64,000 nt of DNA, from assembly GCA_034530875.2 (NCBI GenBank), contig JAVRCJ020000004.1:64001-128000 (forward strand), in the 5' to 3' direction. The position numbers and the translations under genes were made by a program. How positions within the stretch are numbered: position 1 is the stretch's first letter; each line of letters opens with the position of its first letter. The notes under the pieces are model-generated. The model did not search any database. It saw only the letters and a program-made list of their open reading frames with translations, and was not told the origin of the DNA. This document shows positions 1 to 9,968 of the stretch, one piece after another. This DNA comes from Nostoc sp. DedSLP01 (GTDB taxonomy: Bacteria; Cyanobacteriota; Cyanobacteriia; Cyanobacteriales; Nostocaceae).

Positions 1-1407
1 ACCAGCGCCGACTTCATCGAGTAAAACTAGGGATTGGGGATTGGAGAGTGGCTGAGTAGGAGAGGTGGAGTTGTGAGGTGGTGGGGCGGTGGCTGTAGTT
101 TCGTCCATCTCCCCATCTCCCCATCTCCCCATCTCCCGATCGCCAGTCCCCAGTCCCCAGTCGCCATTCCCCAATGCTTCTAAAATCCGACTAATCCGCC
201 GGATATGCCCGGAGAATGTAGATAAACTTTGCTGTAAAGATTGTTCGTCACCAATATCTGCCAGCACTTTGTCAAACCAAGGAATTTCTACTGGTTCGCG
301 GGCGGGGACAAATAAACCCACTTTGGCCATTAATGCTGCTAACCCTAAAGTTTTTAAGGTTACAGTTTTACCGCCTGTATTCGGCCCGGTAATTGTCACT
401 ACCCGAATGTAGGGACTGATAAGTAAATCTACGGGAACAACTGCTTGCCCTTGTTCGTGCTGTTGTTGCCACACTAACAAAGGATGCCGCAAGTTCCGCA
501 AAGTAATCATTTCATTATCTTGCGGCTGGATGAATCGCGGGGGATTGGCTCCTAACCAGTAACTATACCGAGATCTAGCGGTCGCTAAATCCAATGTGGT
601 GACAATTGCCAACAACCTTTCCAAATCTGGTTTGACTGCGGCTACTTGTTCTGTCAAAGCACGGCGAATTGCTTCTTCTTCGGCTTGCTCTCTTCTAATG
701 ATTTGCCGCAGTTGGTTGCCTAGAGGGACGATGGAATTCGGTTCGATGTATAAGGTCGCACCACTAGTAGAGGTGTCGTGAACGATACCGGGAATGGCGT
801 CTTTCTGGGGTGCTTTAACGGGAATAACATAGCGATCGCCTCGTTGGGTAATAATCTGTTCCTGAACTGCCCCAGATTTTGCCTGTATGATATTTTGCAG
901 CTTTTGGGTAATTTGCGTGCGTACTCGCCGCAAGTCTGTGCGAATTTCGCCGAGTTTTTGACTGGCGCGAGCGGTTACTTGGCCGCGTTCGTCGATACAG
1001 CGGTGAATTTCCTGTTCTAGCTCTGGATAAGTCCGCAAATCGGCAACTAGCTCGGTCAGTATTGGCAAATCTTCCTGATTGTCAATGACGCGGCGCAAAT
1101 TTCTGGCACCAGCCAGAGTAGTGGCGATCGCTAAGAGTTCATCTCCTGCCAAAATGCCGCTGCGTTCTGCCCGTTCTAGGGAATCGCCAATATCTTGAAT
1201 TCCCTCAAATGACAATCCTGTAGTTAACCGACTTTCCAGTTGATAGATTTCTTTAGTTTGCTCTAACAATCGTTCGCTTTCTGCCTGAAAATCAGGTATT
1301 TTCAGTTGACGCGCGGCTATAACCCCCAATTTAGTTGCCGCAAAGGTCGAGAGGTGCTGGCACAGACGATGCCATTCTAATAATTCTAAGGTTTCAGATT
1401 GGATCAA
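1..1407 (-). CDS. mutS2: Endonuclease MutS2, 5' portion; runs off the left edge
   Basis: Hand translation from TTG at 1407: MIQSETLELLEWHRLCQHLSTFAATKLG; Walker A ITGPNTGGKT, ADIGDEQSLQQSLSTFSGHI and Walker B LVLLDEVGAG at the window edge. Not in the ORF track. Confidence 0.93.
   Translation of the reverse strand, partial: MIQSETLELLEWHRLCQHLSTFAATKLGVIAARQLKIPDFQAESERLLEQTKEIYQLESRLTTGLSFEGIQDIGDSLERAERSGILAGDELLAIATTLAGARNLRRVIDNQEDLPILTELVADLRTYPELEQEIHRCIDERGQVTARASQKLGEIRTDLRRVRTQITQKLQNIIQAKSGAVQEQIITQRGDRYVIPVKAPQKDAIPGIVHDTSTSGATLYIEPNSIVPLGNQLRQIIRREQAEEEAIRRALTEQVAAVKPDLERLLAIVTTLDLATARSRYSYWLGANPPRFIQPQDNEMITLRNLRHPLLVWQQQHEQGQAVVPVDLLISPYIRVVTITGPNTGGKTVTLKTLGLAALMAKVGLFVPAREPVEIPWFDKVLADIGDEQSLQQSLSTFSGHIRRISRILEALGNGDWGLGTGDREMGRWGDGEMDETTATAPPPHNSTSPTQPLSNPQSLVLLDEVGAG
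105..172. repeat. STRR-type heptamer repeats (CCCCATCT-like, CCCCAGT) in-frame inside mutS2
   Basis: ccatctccccatctccccatctccccatctccc...ccagtccccagtccccagt read directly. Confidence 0.85.
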
Positions 1408-1651
1408 GGTTTCAACGTCTAATCTGAAATTATCGTAACAATTCTAGCCCCTTGATGGGTAAACCTTAAAGGATAAAATCCAGATGTTTACTGATGCTCG
1501 AGACGCTCTTGAGAAATAATTCCTCAGTTATTAGCTATGCAATAACTTTCTCACGCAAAGACGCAAAGACGCCAAGATTTAGGTTGGCGGCTTTGCGTCT
1601 AATGCAGGAAATCATTTTTAGATTTACTTCCAGTTCCTTCAATTACTTTTG

Positions 1652-1757
1652 ACGAAGGCAGGAGGCAGAGGGCAGGAGGCCGTTTTTGTAACGAGGATTT
1701 ATACCCCGTTCCAAAAACTTTGGACGAAGTACGGTTTTAGACCCGATTGTTTCGATA
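1652..1757 (+). repeat. ~100-bp dispersed repeat, copy 1 (copy 2 inverted at 54371-54469)
   Basis: ACGAAGGCAGGAGGCAG...CGTTTTTGTAACGAGGATTTATACC..TTCCAAAAACTTTGGACGAAGTACGGTTTTAGAC..GATTGTTTCGATA matches the reverse complement of 54371-54469. Confidence 0.85.
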
Positions 1758-1834
1758 GTTTAAAACTGCCCGCGTCAGAGTGTCTCCTTGTGTCCGCGTC
1801 AGCCTTAACTATAAGTGTTGATACGAACTTGATA

Positions 1835-2473
1835 TTACTTGTTAGGCTGAGGAGTTAAGCGCAGATAAGGTTTAACTTCCTGATAGCCTTTGGGGAATTT
1901 TTCTTTGAGAACTTCCGGGTCTTTGAGTGAGGGGACAATTACAACATCCTCTCCATCTTTCCAGTCAGCTGGTGTAGCCACGCTGTAGTTATCAGTCAAT
2001 TGCAGAGAATCAATCACCCGCAAAAGTTCGTCAAAGTTGCGTCCGGTGCTGGGGGGATATGTGAAACTCAGACGGAGTTTTTTATTGGGGTCAATTACGA
2101 AAACCGATCGCACCGTTACAGCTGCGTTGGCATTTGGGTGGATCATATCGTAAAGGTCAGAAACCTTGCGATCGGCATCTGCCAAAATTGGGTAGTTAAG
2201 AGTCGTACTTTGAGTTTCTTCGATATCTCCTATCCAGCCTTTGTGTGATTCAACATCATCAACGCTAAGGGCGAGTGCTTTCACATTGCGCTTGTCAAAT
2301 TCTGGTTTGAGCTTGGCTACTGTGCCGAGTTCTGTTGTACAAACAGGTGTAAAGTCAGCGGGATGAGAGAACAGCACAACCCAGCTGTCACCTGCCCATT
2401 CGTAAAAATCGATGTCCCCGTGTGTTGAGGCTTGTTTAAAGTTGGGTACTGTATCACCTAAATGGAGAGCCAT
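1835..2473 (-). CDS. 1-Cys peroxiredoxin (Prx6 family)
   Basis: FSHPADFTPVCTTE active-site motif; YPPSTGRNFDELLRVIDSLQ; C-terminal PYLR. Confidence 0.95.
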   Translation of the reverse strand: MALHLGDTVPNFKQASTHGDIDFYEWAGDSWVVLFSHPADFTPVCTTELGTVAKLKPEFDKRNVKALALSVDDVESHKGWIGDIEETQSTTLNYPILADADRKVSDLYDMIHPNANAAVTVRSVFVIDPNKKLRLSFTYPPSTGRNFDELLRVIDSLQLTDNYSVATPADWKDGEDVVIVPSLKDPEVLKEKFPKGYQEVKPYLRLTPQPNK

Positions 2474-2616
2474 GTGAGATTCCCTGTAGTTAGAAAAGCA
2501 TACGTATTCTACATACGTATTCTACTTTGTCATCATGACACAAAACTCCCATTGCCCAATCGGGCTTTAGCGGTTTGAAACAAAATTTTAGGTTGTCAAC
2601 AGTCTTATATAAAGGG

Positions 2617-2776
2617 GACTGGGGAATGGGGACTGGTGACTGGGGAGATGAGAAGATGGGGAGATAGAGAGATGGGGAGTTAAGAGTGAGGAGTTAAGAC
2701 CAGGGTGCTGAGTTAGGAATTTTACCTTCGGTCTGTTGGTCTCTTCCCCAGTCCCTAGTCCCTAGTCACCAGTCCC
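2617..2776. repeat. STRR cluster with inverted arms (GGGGACT ... AGTCCCC/AGTCCCT)
   Basis: ggggactggggaatggggactggtgactgggg ... ccccagtccctagtccctagtcaccagtccc. Confidence 0.75.
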
Positions 2777-2787
2777 TTTCCCTAACG

Positions 2788-3498
2788 ATGATAGTAATAT
2801 TTTTAACTGTCGGTGTTATCCTCAGCACAGCTGCAAGTTTTATTTTTGGAGTTCCTTGGTTGACACCGATTTTGGGTGCTGCTGTACCCTATCCCATATT
2901 CTTTTTACAAGTGCGTCGTCAACAATATAAAAATGCTTTTTGGTGGATGTTGTTCTGGGCAGTATTGCAGAGTATTGCAGTAATTGTAGCAACAGCTATC
3001 GCACCAGAAACGGCAGCAAAAGTTATTCTGCGTGGAGAATCATATACTACCGAAATGCTGCATTGGATTCGCACGGGAGAGGGTATGGAAGGAAAACTGA
3101 GTTTGTTTTTACCAAACCATTTATTGCACTACGGAATTTTTTGTGTTCTCTGCGTTGTTACTTTGAGTAGTGCGGCATTGATTTTCGGCACTTGGATGCT
3201 GAATTATATGAATTTTTATTTTGCCCAATTGCTAAAACTGAGTGCTAAACCTTGGTTAGCAGCTATTTTAGGATGGTATCCTTGGTCAATTTTGCGGATA
3301 ATCGGGTTTATTGCAACTGGGGTGGCTTTAGCTGCATTAGGATTAAATCTATTAACTCGCATCAGAGGCGAAGTCCCTAAATCTGCATTTCCTAAAACTT
3401 ATATGTTAATTGGGATTGGTTTTGTAATTGCGGATATTGTTGTCAAAGCAGTTCTAGCACCTATTTGGCAAAAACTGCTGTTGTCTGCGTTGGGTTAA
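2788..3498 (+). CDS. Multi-pass membrane protein, function unknown
   Basis: 236-aa ORF with about six hydrophobic segments; converges on hpsP with a 4-nt overlap. Confidence 0.75.
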   Translation: MIVIFLTVGVILSTAASFIFGVPWLTPILGAAVPYPIFFLQVRRQQYKNAFWWMLFWAVLQSIAVIVATAIAPETAAKVILRGESYTTEMLHWIRTGEGMEGKLSLFLPNHLLHYGIFCVLCVVTLSSAALIFGTWMLNYMNFYFAQLLKLSAKPWLAAILGWYPWSILRIIGFIATGVALAALGLNLLTRIRGEVPKSAFPKTYMLIGIGFVIADIVVKAVLAPIWQKLLLSALG

Positions 3499-4685
3499 AT
3501 TAACTGCTTCGCCAGAATTTTTTGATAGGCTTGGATTGTCTGCTTGGCGATCGCATCCCAGCTAAAATTTACATCAGCATATTTGTGGGCGTTTAATCCC
3601 CGTCGTTGGCGTTCTGCGGGATTATCCAAAGCTACTTTGAGTAAATCTATCAATACCTCGACTTCTGTTGTACCTATCCAACCCGATTCACTATCACGTA
3701 TTTGTTGCCAAATATGCACTTGGTCGGAAATGATTACAGGTATTCCTGCTAGCATTGCTTCAGCTACAGCAATGCCAAAATTTTCATAGTAAGAAGGTAA
3801 GACAAATAGATCGGCAGCTTGTAGTAAATTAGCTTTTAATTCACCAGTCACAAAGCCAGTAATTGTGGCGTGCGATCGTAATGGCGAATTTTGGATTTCA
3901 GATTTTATTTTTTCTTCGTAATCTGGATCTTGAGGATTTGTCCCAGCTAAAACAAAATGAAACTTATAACCAATCCCCAACAATTTTTCTAACGCCGGAA
4001 TTAACAAATTTAAACCCTTTTTTGGGTCAATCCGTGACATAAATAGCACCAAGGGTATATCGCCAGGAATATTGTATTGCTGACGCACAATATCTCTACC
4101 TTCTTTTAGTATTTCCCCTTGTTTTTTCACACCCAAAGGAATCACCAAACCTGGCGTTGATACTCCAAATCGTTCTGATATTTTAGCTTCTTGCTCGCTA
4201 GTAAAATGAATTGCCGCCGCACTAACTAAATTTTGACGTTCTATAATTGCAGTATAAATCTGTTTTAATTGCTTTTTTTTGCGTAAATCAGCCGGGTCAA
4301 GAGTTCCCAAGGGACGTAAAATATAAGGTAGTTTTTGCTGGCGACACACAACAGCAGCAGCACTACTTATAGGCGAAAATAAAGCATGAATATGTGCAAC
4401 GTCAAACTCCCACGCATGACGTTTTAGCCACTTTAGTAAATCTAGAGAAAACTTGTAGCGACGAAATGGCGCACAACGAAAGTAAATGATTTCATAACCA
4501 TCTTGTTTAATTGGACGATTTAAAGGCACATCCAGAGGAATTTGACCTGTATCGCCATTACTATCAGTTGTGAGAATTGTAACTTCTACCCCCTCTTGTA
4601 CCAATGCTGGAGCTAATCCCAGTACCATTTGACTAGGGCCGCCATAAATTAGAGAAATAGAGGGAACAATTTGTAATATTTTCAT
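3495..4685 (-). CDS. hpsP: Hormogonium polysaccharide glycosyltransferase HpsP (GT4)
   Basis: MKILQIVPSISLIYGGPSQ N-terminus; ENFGIAVAEA (EX7E) motif; last gene of the hpsL-N-O-P order. Confidence 0.82.
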   Translation of the reverse strand: MKILQIVPSISLIYGGPSQMVLGLAPALVQEGVEVTILTTDSNGDTGQIPLDVPLNRPIKQDGYEIIYFRCAPFRRYKFSLDLLKWLKRHAWEFDVAHIHALFSPISSAAAVVCRQQKLPYILRPLGTLDPADLRKKKQLKQIYTAIIERQNLVSAAAIHFTSEQEAKISERFGVSTPGLVIPLGVKKQGEILKEGRDIVRQQYNIPGDIPLVLFMSRIDPKKGLNLLIPALEKLLGIGYKFHFVLAGTNPQDPDYEEKIKSEIQNSPLRSHATITGFVTGELKANLLQAADLFVLPSYYENFGIAVAEAMLAGIPVIISDQVHIWQQIRDSESGWIGTTEVEVLIDLLKVALDNPAERQRRGLNAHKYADVNFSWDAIAKQTIQAYQKILAKQLI

Positions 4686-4692
4686 TTTTTTG

Positions 4693-4792
4693 TCATTAGT
4701 TATTAGTCATTAGTCATTAGTCATTAGCCCTTTGTTAGTTAACAATAACCAATAACCAATGCCCCATGCCCTATGCCCTATGCCCCATGCCC
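4693..4792. repeat. STRR heptamers (TCATTAG, AATAACC, ATGCCCC/ATGCCCT) between hpsO and hpsP
   Basis: tcattag-like x5 and atgcccc/atgccct x5; the latter supply the last codons and stop of hpsO. Confidence 0.85.
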
Positions 4793-5952
4793 AACTCTTG
4801 ATAAAATTCTAATTGCTGTTTAGCTAAAGCCTTATTAGTATATTTAACCATTGCTTTTTGATAACCCATTTCCCCAAGAGTATGAGCAAAATATGGTTTA
4901 TCCATTAATTGACCTAAGCAATTTGCCAGGGCTTCACTATCTCCTTCAGGGAAAATTAAACCAGCATCACCAATTACATGAGGAATTTCACCAGAATCAG
5001 AACCAATCACAGGCACTTGACAAGCCATTGCTTCAATTAGCACGTGACCAAATTGTTCTTTCCAGCCAACAGAAGTTAAGGTTTTAAACTTATAAGTTGT
5101 TTCTGAAGGGAGTACTAAAGTACTCATTAAATTGATGTAGTTTGCAACTTCGTTATGGGGAACACTTTCTACTATAATTAATCGTTCTAAAATATTGTTC
5201 TCTGTGGCTATTTTGATTAATTCAGCTTTTAATTCACCACGCCCTAATAAAAGGAATTTCCAAGGTTTATCTTTTAAACTAACTAATGCTTTTAAAAGCG
5301 TTAGTAAACCCTTCTCTGGAACAAATCGCCCTACAAAGCCCACTACAAAATCTTCTTTTTTAATACCGAAATTAGCTGCTAGATTTGATTGAGGTTTGGG
5401 AGTAAATAGAGTTTCATCTACGCCCAATTGCGGCATGACTTTAATTGGCCCCTGATATCCCCGTTGCCGCAAAATTTCAGCACCATCCTGATTGCCAGAA
5501 ATAATACCGTGGCTGTTATCAAGGTTATATTTTTCTAATAACGCAATTGGTAACTTTAGTTGATATGGTAAATTCCACCAAGTAAAAAACACATTTTTTG
5601 CCTTGAGATTTAATAATTTATTTAAGGCAATCATCTGAGTATAAGCCAGTCCCCTAGACCCTTGTTCTACGTGAATAATTTGGGGACGGAATTGTTTTAA
5701 TAAAGATATCAGATCGATACCAAAGGTCAAAAGTCCCTGATGATTTTGGCTGAAGTTAGAAACCGGAACTATTTTAAATGAGCCTTCATCGCGGTATTCT
5801 GTTTCAATGATTTTGTTTTGTACGCCGCCAGGATTCCACCGTTTTGGAACTACAACTGTTACTTCAATGTCAGATTGTAGTTGAGATAAAGCGCGTAATT
5901 TTTCACAGTTAAGGTCTACGATATAAGTATGACTAGCAACTAAAATTTTCAT
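4771..5952 (-). CDS. hpsO: Hormogonium polysaccharide glycosyltransferase HpsO (GT4)
   Basis: MKILVASHTYIVDLNCEKL N-terminus; WKEQFGHVLIEAM motif; synteny. Confidence 0.83.
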   Translation of the reverse strand: MKILVASHTYIVDLNCEKLRALSQLQSDIEVTVVVPKRWNPGGVQNKIIETEYRDEGSFKIVPVSNFSQNHQGLLTFGIDLISLLKQFRPQIIHVEQGSRGLAYTQMIALNKLLNLKAKNVFFTWWNLPYQLKLPIALLEKYNLDNSHGIISGNQDGAEILRQRGYQGPIKVMPQLGVDETLFTPKPQSNLAANFGIKKEDFVVGFVGRFVPEKGLLTLLKALVSLKDKPWKFLLLGRGELKAELIKIATENNILERLIIVESVPHNEVANYINLMSTLVLPSETTYKFKTLTSVGWKEQFGHVLIEAMACQVPVIGSDSGEIPHVIGDAGLIFPEGDSEALANCLGQLMDKPYFAHTLGEMGYQKAMVKYTNKALAKQQLEFYQELGMGHRA

Positions 5953-6017
5953 TATTTGTAATTAATAATTTTTTCTTCAGAGACGCGATTAATCGTGTCT
6001 CTACTGCTAACTCCTAA

Positions 6018-6998
6018 CTAAATTTGTCTATCCAAACGCGTGTAAATTTGGCCATCATTCCATATTGATTGGATGACAGTACTTAAGGCTTTGAAAAAAC
6101 CTAAAATATAAAAAATACCGCGAGTGAGAATTTTCACGAGGGAACCACTTTTGTGGCAAGGTGGGCGTCCGAGGACGTGACAATCAAATAAACGGGCGTA
6201 GAGGCGCAAAGCTTGAGTAACAGTGAGGTTTTTCAGCCCCATTAAAAAATGATTGTGGTAAAAGGTGAGTTGATATTTGAGCGATCGCATACTAATATCG
6301 TGACAACCACCAGTCTCTTCACCTAAATGCACTAAATGAGCTTCTGGGTCGTACCAAATCTTATATCCTGTCTGTCGCACTCGCAAACAAAAATCCGATT
6401 CTTCCCGTACAGCACTACCGCGAAATCTCTCATCAAAACTCAGTCCGTGCTTAGTAAAAATTTCACGGCGAAAAGACATATTGCAACCCCTGGCTGTTAG
6501 TACTTGCTGGGGTTTGGTGGTATGTACTAAATCAATATGATACCAAGCAATTCCTGGATCCATAGCTTCGGGAGGCAGATATTCAATCTCTAAATCTCCT
6601 CCAGAATCACCCAATTTCATCCTGTCAAATACCCGCCCAGCAACAGCACCGACTTCTGGATTTTGTAAATAATTTTTTGCATGGGCAAATAACAATCCAG
6701 GTGGTAGCTGAACATCATCATCAATAAATAATATTATTTCACCAGATGAGCGCCGGACAGCATAATTTCGCGCCCCTGGTAAACTCGCCCAATCTAACCG
6801 CAACCATTGAATTTTACCTGCCCCCGCCATTTCTTCTAAGTAAGCTTGAATTTCTGGTTGATGTTTTGCGGTTTGATCTACCACTAAAACTTCAAAATTT
6901 GGATAGTCCTGTTTCAGGACATCTACAATACTATCTCGTAGCGGTTCTTCTCGACCATACGTCGGGATAACTACGGTAATTAAAGGCCAATTATTCAT
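6018..6998 (-). CDS. hpsN: Hormogonium polysaccharide glycosyltransferase HpsN (GT2)
   Basis: VVIPTYGRE, FIDDD (DxD), GCNMSFRR, EESDF motifs; synteny. Confidence 0.83.
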   Translation of the reverse strand: MNNWPLITVVIPTYGREEPLRDSIVDVLKQDYPNFEVLVVDQTAKHQPEIQAYLEEMAGAGKIQWLRLDWASLPGARNYAVRRSSGEIILFIDDDVQLPPGLLFAHAKNYLQNPEVGAVAGRVFDRMKLGDSGGDLEIEYLPPEAMDPGIAWYHIDLVHTTKPQQVLTARGCNMSFRREIFTKHGLSFDERFRGSAVREESDFCLRVRQTGYKIWYDPEAHLVHLGEETGGCHDISMRSLKYQLTFYHNHFLMGLKNLTVTQALRLYARLFDCHVLGRPPCHKSGSLVKILTRGIFYILGFFKALSTVIQSIWNDGQIYTRLDRQI

Positions 6999-7111
6999 AA
7001 TTTTTATTCAGTAATTTAAGTATTTTAATAGTTATTTTTCATTGTGAGTGAGGAGTGAGAAGTTAAGAATTATGCTCTTATTTTTCTTGCCTCCTCATCT
7101 CACGATTGATT

Positions 7112-8266
7112 TTAGGCTCCTGCTGCTGTATATAAGTTATCGAATAACTCATTTTGCTTTTCAGAATTATGCAAAATTTGTGCTTGAGCTAATGCTCCTG
7201 CACTTAAAAATTCATAATGTTCTCGTTTGTCGCTTCTATCAATAAATTGCATGATTTGTTGTAATGCTTGGTCTGCTAAGTAGTTATATGTACTATCCAG
7301 AACTTCCCAATATTCATTAGTTTTAGTCTTTTCTCCATGCACCCAATCAGCCCAGTGTCTAATATCGTTAATTGGTAATTCTAAAATATAGCCATTTTCG
7401 TTATGGCGAACAAATTCTGGTAAAGCGCATACATTTGTTGTAATTACCGGAGTCGCAACAGAAAATCCTTCGATGATACTAAAGCCATAAGTATCATGTA
7501 ATGTAGGCATTAATTGAAAATGACTTTGGGATAGTAATTCAATAACTTTATCGTTAGGAAGACTTTTATGGAAGACAACGTTATTTAAATTCAATAATTT
7601 CAAATCTTCTAAATATTTGCTAGTATCCGGAAAATCTGTCGGTACTCCTGAACCATGTCCTAGTCCCGATATTATATGAATAGTTACAGGTAAACCTAAT
7701 TCTTCAGCTTTCTTTGCCAGCCTTAAAGCAACAATGCCACCTTTTCTAGCAATGTGGTATCCTACAAAAATAAGCTGTAAATTTTCGTCTGATTGATAAG
7801 TTTTAGATTTCTCAACTCTGGTAACAAAATTTGGATGAATGACATCCAATTTATTAACTAATTTTTCTTCTATTTCCCAGCCCTTTATCCGATTGACAAA
7901 CCTCAATTTTGCATAATCTGACATGGCTATCAGTTTTTGACAATTATTGAGGGCTAAACGATTATTTAATAATTCATAAATTATTTCTTCTCGTTTATTT
8001 TGAGGATTTCTATATAAAACACGATGGTCTTCAAATGTGAGAAACCAAGGTTTATTTGTATATAAAACTCTATTGAAAGAATGAACAGCGTGATATTTTT
8101 CCCATAAAGGTTGCCAAGCGAAAAAGCTTCCCAAAGGATACCAAATTTTTTCTATAGAATATCTGCCTGTAGGAAATGATTTGAGGTGGATTAATTTATG
8201 CCTAGAATTACGTGGTAGATTAGGAATTCTAATGTGATTATTACCGCATACGATAACTGTTGACAT
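7112..8266 (-). CDS. Glycosyltransferase family 4 (GT-B) between hpsL and hpsN
   Basis: FVGYHIARKGG and HDTYGFSIIEGFSVATPVITT motifs. Confidence 0.85.
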   Translation of the reverse strand: MSTVIVCGNNHIRIPNLPRNSRHKLIHLKSFPTGRYSIEKIWYPLGSFFAWQPLWEKYHAVHSFNRVLYTNKPWFLTFEDHRVLYRNPQNKREEIIYELLNNRLALNNCQKLIAMSDYAKLRFVNRIKGWEIEEKLVNKLDVIHPNFVTRVEKSKTYQSDENLQLIFVGYHIARKGGIVALRLAKKAEELGLPVTIHIISGLGHGSGVPTDFPDTSKYLEDLKLLNLNNVVFHKSLPNDKVIELLSQSHFQLMPTLHDTYGFSIIEGFSVATPVITTNVCALPEFVRHNENGYILELPINDIRHWADWVHGEKTKTNEYWEVLDSTYNYLADQALQQIMQFIDRSDKREHYEFLSAGALAQAQILHNSEKQNELFDNLYTAAGA

Positions 8267-8277
8267 TTTTGTTTGAT

Positions 8278-9933
8278 TTAAATTGTTTTGAGACGTTTTT
8301 TCTTGGTTTTTTGCTCGGGATTGGCATCTTCTATTGCTTGTTTTTCCAATTCTGGCAATTTAAAAAGAACTCCAGCAAAAAACCAATAATAGACAGCAAC
8401 AGGATCTACATCCAAAGGATAGTAGTAGGTGTTATAGCTAATAAACAATATAAACACCCATAAAGCTGCTCCGTAACTGCGGAAATTACGGTTTTTTATC
8501 GAACGATAGGTTTTGAAGGCAATAATCGTTAAAGTTGTGACTAAAGCCAAAAATGCTAATACTCCAACAATCCCAATTTCATAAAGTAATTTGGGGTAGT
8601 AAGTTTCTACTAGCTTAGTTTCACCCATTGTACGAGCTGAGTTAGTTGCCCTACCTAAGCCACTTCCTAGCGGCCCGTCTACGTTTTTCCAGTTTTCTTC
8701 AAATTGCTGGACGATAAAATCTTGGGGTGGTGAAGCTTCCCAACGACTGGTAAAACTAGCGGTTCTCTCTTGGACTACAGCAGGGTTAGTCACCATTGCT
8801 ATTCCCAAAATCACAGCCAGTCCTACTCCTATAGGAATAAACCGTTTCAGGTTGCCAATTTGACCAGTTAACAATAGCAAAATTCCAAAGCAGGTTGGTA
8901 CTAAAGCTAAAGCAATTCTTTGTCCAGAGATCACAGCATTAATAAATACTGAACCTAAAGCACCTAAACTAATTAATCGCCACATTATTGAAGGGTCGGT
9001 GAAGCCAGTAGCAAAGGTAAAAAAGGTGCTAGAAATTAAAAACCATGCCCATTGCCAAGGAGCAACGAATGTTCCTGGTAAGCGAATAACTCCTTCTTCA
9101 GGGCTATATAGTAGCGCTCCACCAAAATAACATCGGGCTTCTAGTGATGTGACAAATAGAGCATTTCCTTCCAGACCTCTAGTGCCTTTACATATACCAG
9201 TGAATAGTAAAAAGTATTGAACAAACCCCAGAATGCAGCAAATTAGTATGAGGGAAACTTGGAGGCGGGATAAAAGTAAAAAATCCCGTTTATCGCGAAT
9301 TAAATAGTAAGCACAAGCAATCAAAGGTACATAACCTAAAAGTACTTTCAGTCCCAGAATTCCCATACCTAAAGGTATTTCTTTGGGTGCTTTTTGAAAA
9401 AGTCCTACACTCGGCGGGTTAAACTGTTGTCCGCCATTGACAAACAACAGCGTTAATATACAACAACCCAAAACAATATAAAGTGGAGTTTTAATTCCTG
9501 GAGGAATAATTAATGGTAGCCCTTGTTTGCGGCAAGTCTGCCAAAGTCCGATAAACGCTGGAACGTAAAAAGCATCTTTAGCTAATTGCAGTACGGGACT
9601 ATTTCCTAAGTAGTAAGTGATAGTACCGCCAGCAGGTACGTAAATGATGAAGGCATATAAAGCCTGACGTGGGTATTTGTAAGCAAGAGCCATGACAATT
9701 ACGCCCAAAACACCAGGAACTGCTGCTTTAATTCCAGCTACGAAAAAAAGCACAATACCTAAGAAGACACCGCCAGAGGTGGCGGTGGTGAGTAAGCTGA
9801 TGAGTTCTTTACGCGCTTGGGCTGCTTTGCGCTTTTGGGCTAACTGTTCTTTGAGGCTAAGGGTAGGAGTTTCGTTTTTAGCCTGCTTTTTCGATTTTTT
9901 AGACGATCGCGATTTTGAATTATTTTTCGCCAT
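8278..9933 (-). CDS. hpsL: Hormogonium polysaccharide biosynthesis protein HpsL (O-antigen ligase/Wzy-like membrane protein)
   Basis: Lys-rich N-terminus MAKNNSKSRSSKKSKKQ (likely start 9933), many TM helices, RLPGTF and GSGLGRATNSAR motifs. Confidence 0.82.
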   Translation of the reverse strand: MAKNNSKSRSSKKSKKQAKNETPTLSLKEQLAQKRKAAQARKELISLLTTATSGGVFLGIVLFFVAGIKAAVPGVLGVIVMALAYKYPRQALYAFIIYVPAGGTITYYLGNSPVLQLAKDAFYVPAFIGLWQTCRKQGLPLIIPPGIKTPLYIVLGCCILTLLFVNGGQQFNPPSVGLFQKAPKEIPLGMGILGLKVLLGYVPLIACAYYLIRDKRDFLLLSRLQVSLILICCILGFVQYFLLFTGICKGTRGLEGNALFVTSLEARCYFGGALLYSPEEGVIRLPGTFVAPWQWAWFLISSTFFTFATGFTDPSIMWRLISLGALGSVFINAVISGQRIALALVPTCFGILLLLTGQIGNLKRFIPIGVGLAVILGIAMVTNPAVVQERTASFTSRWEASPPQDFIVQQFEENWKNVDGPLGSGLGRATNSARTMGETKLVETYYPKLLYEIGIVGVLAFLALVTTLTIIAFKTYRSIKNRNFRSYGAALWVFILFISYNTYYYPLDVDPVAVYYWFFAGVLFKLPELEKQAIEDANPEQKTKKKRLKTI

Positions 9934-9968
9934 ACTAATGCTGTAGCCTATCAGACTCAAGGAGTCTA

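Noticed and set aside
89..1020. Plus-strand ORFs 89-412, 596-781 and 778-1020
   Set aside because: Antisense shadows of mutS2; the same applies to most short ORFs overlapping long genes in the track.
2499..2524. 13-bp tandem duplication CATACGTATTCTA upstream of the peroxiredoxin gene
   Set aside because: Real, but matches no regulator motif I recognise; likely a slippage duplication.
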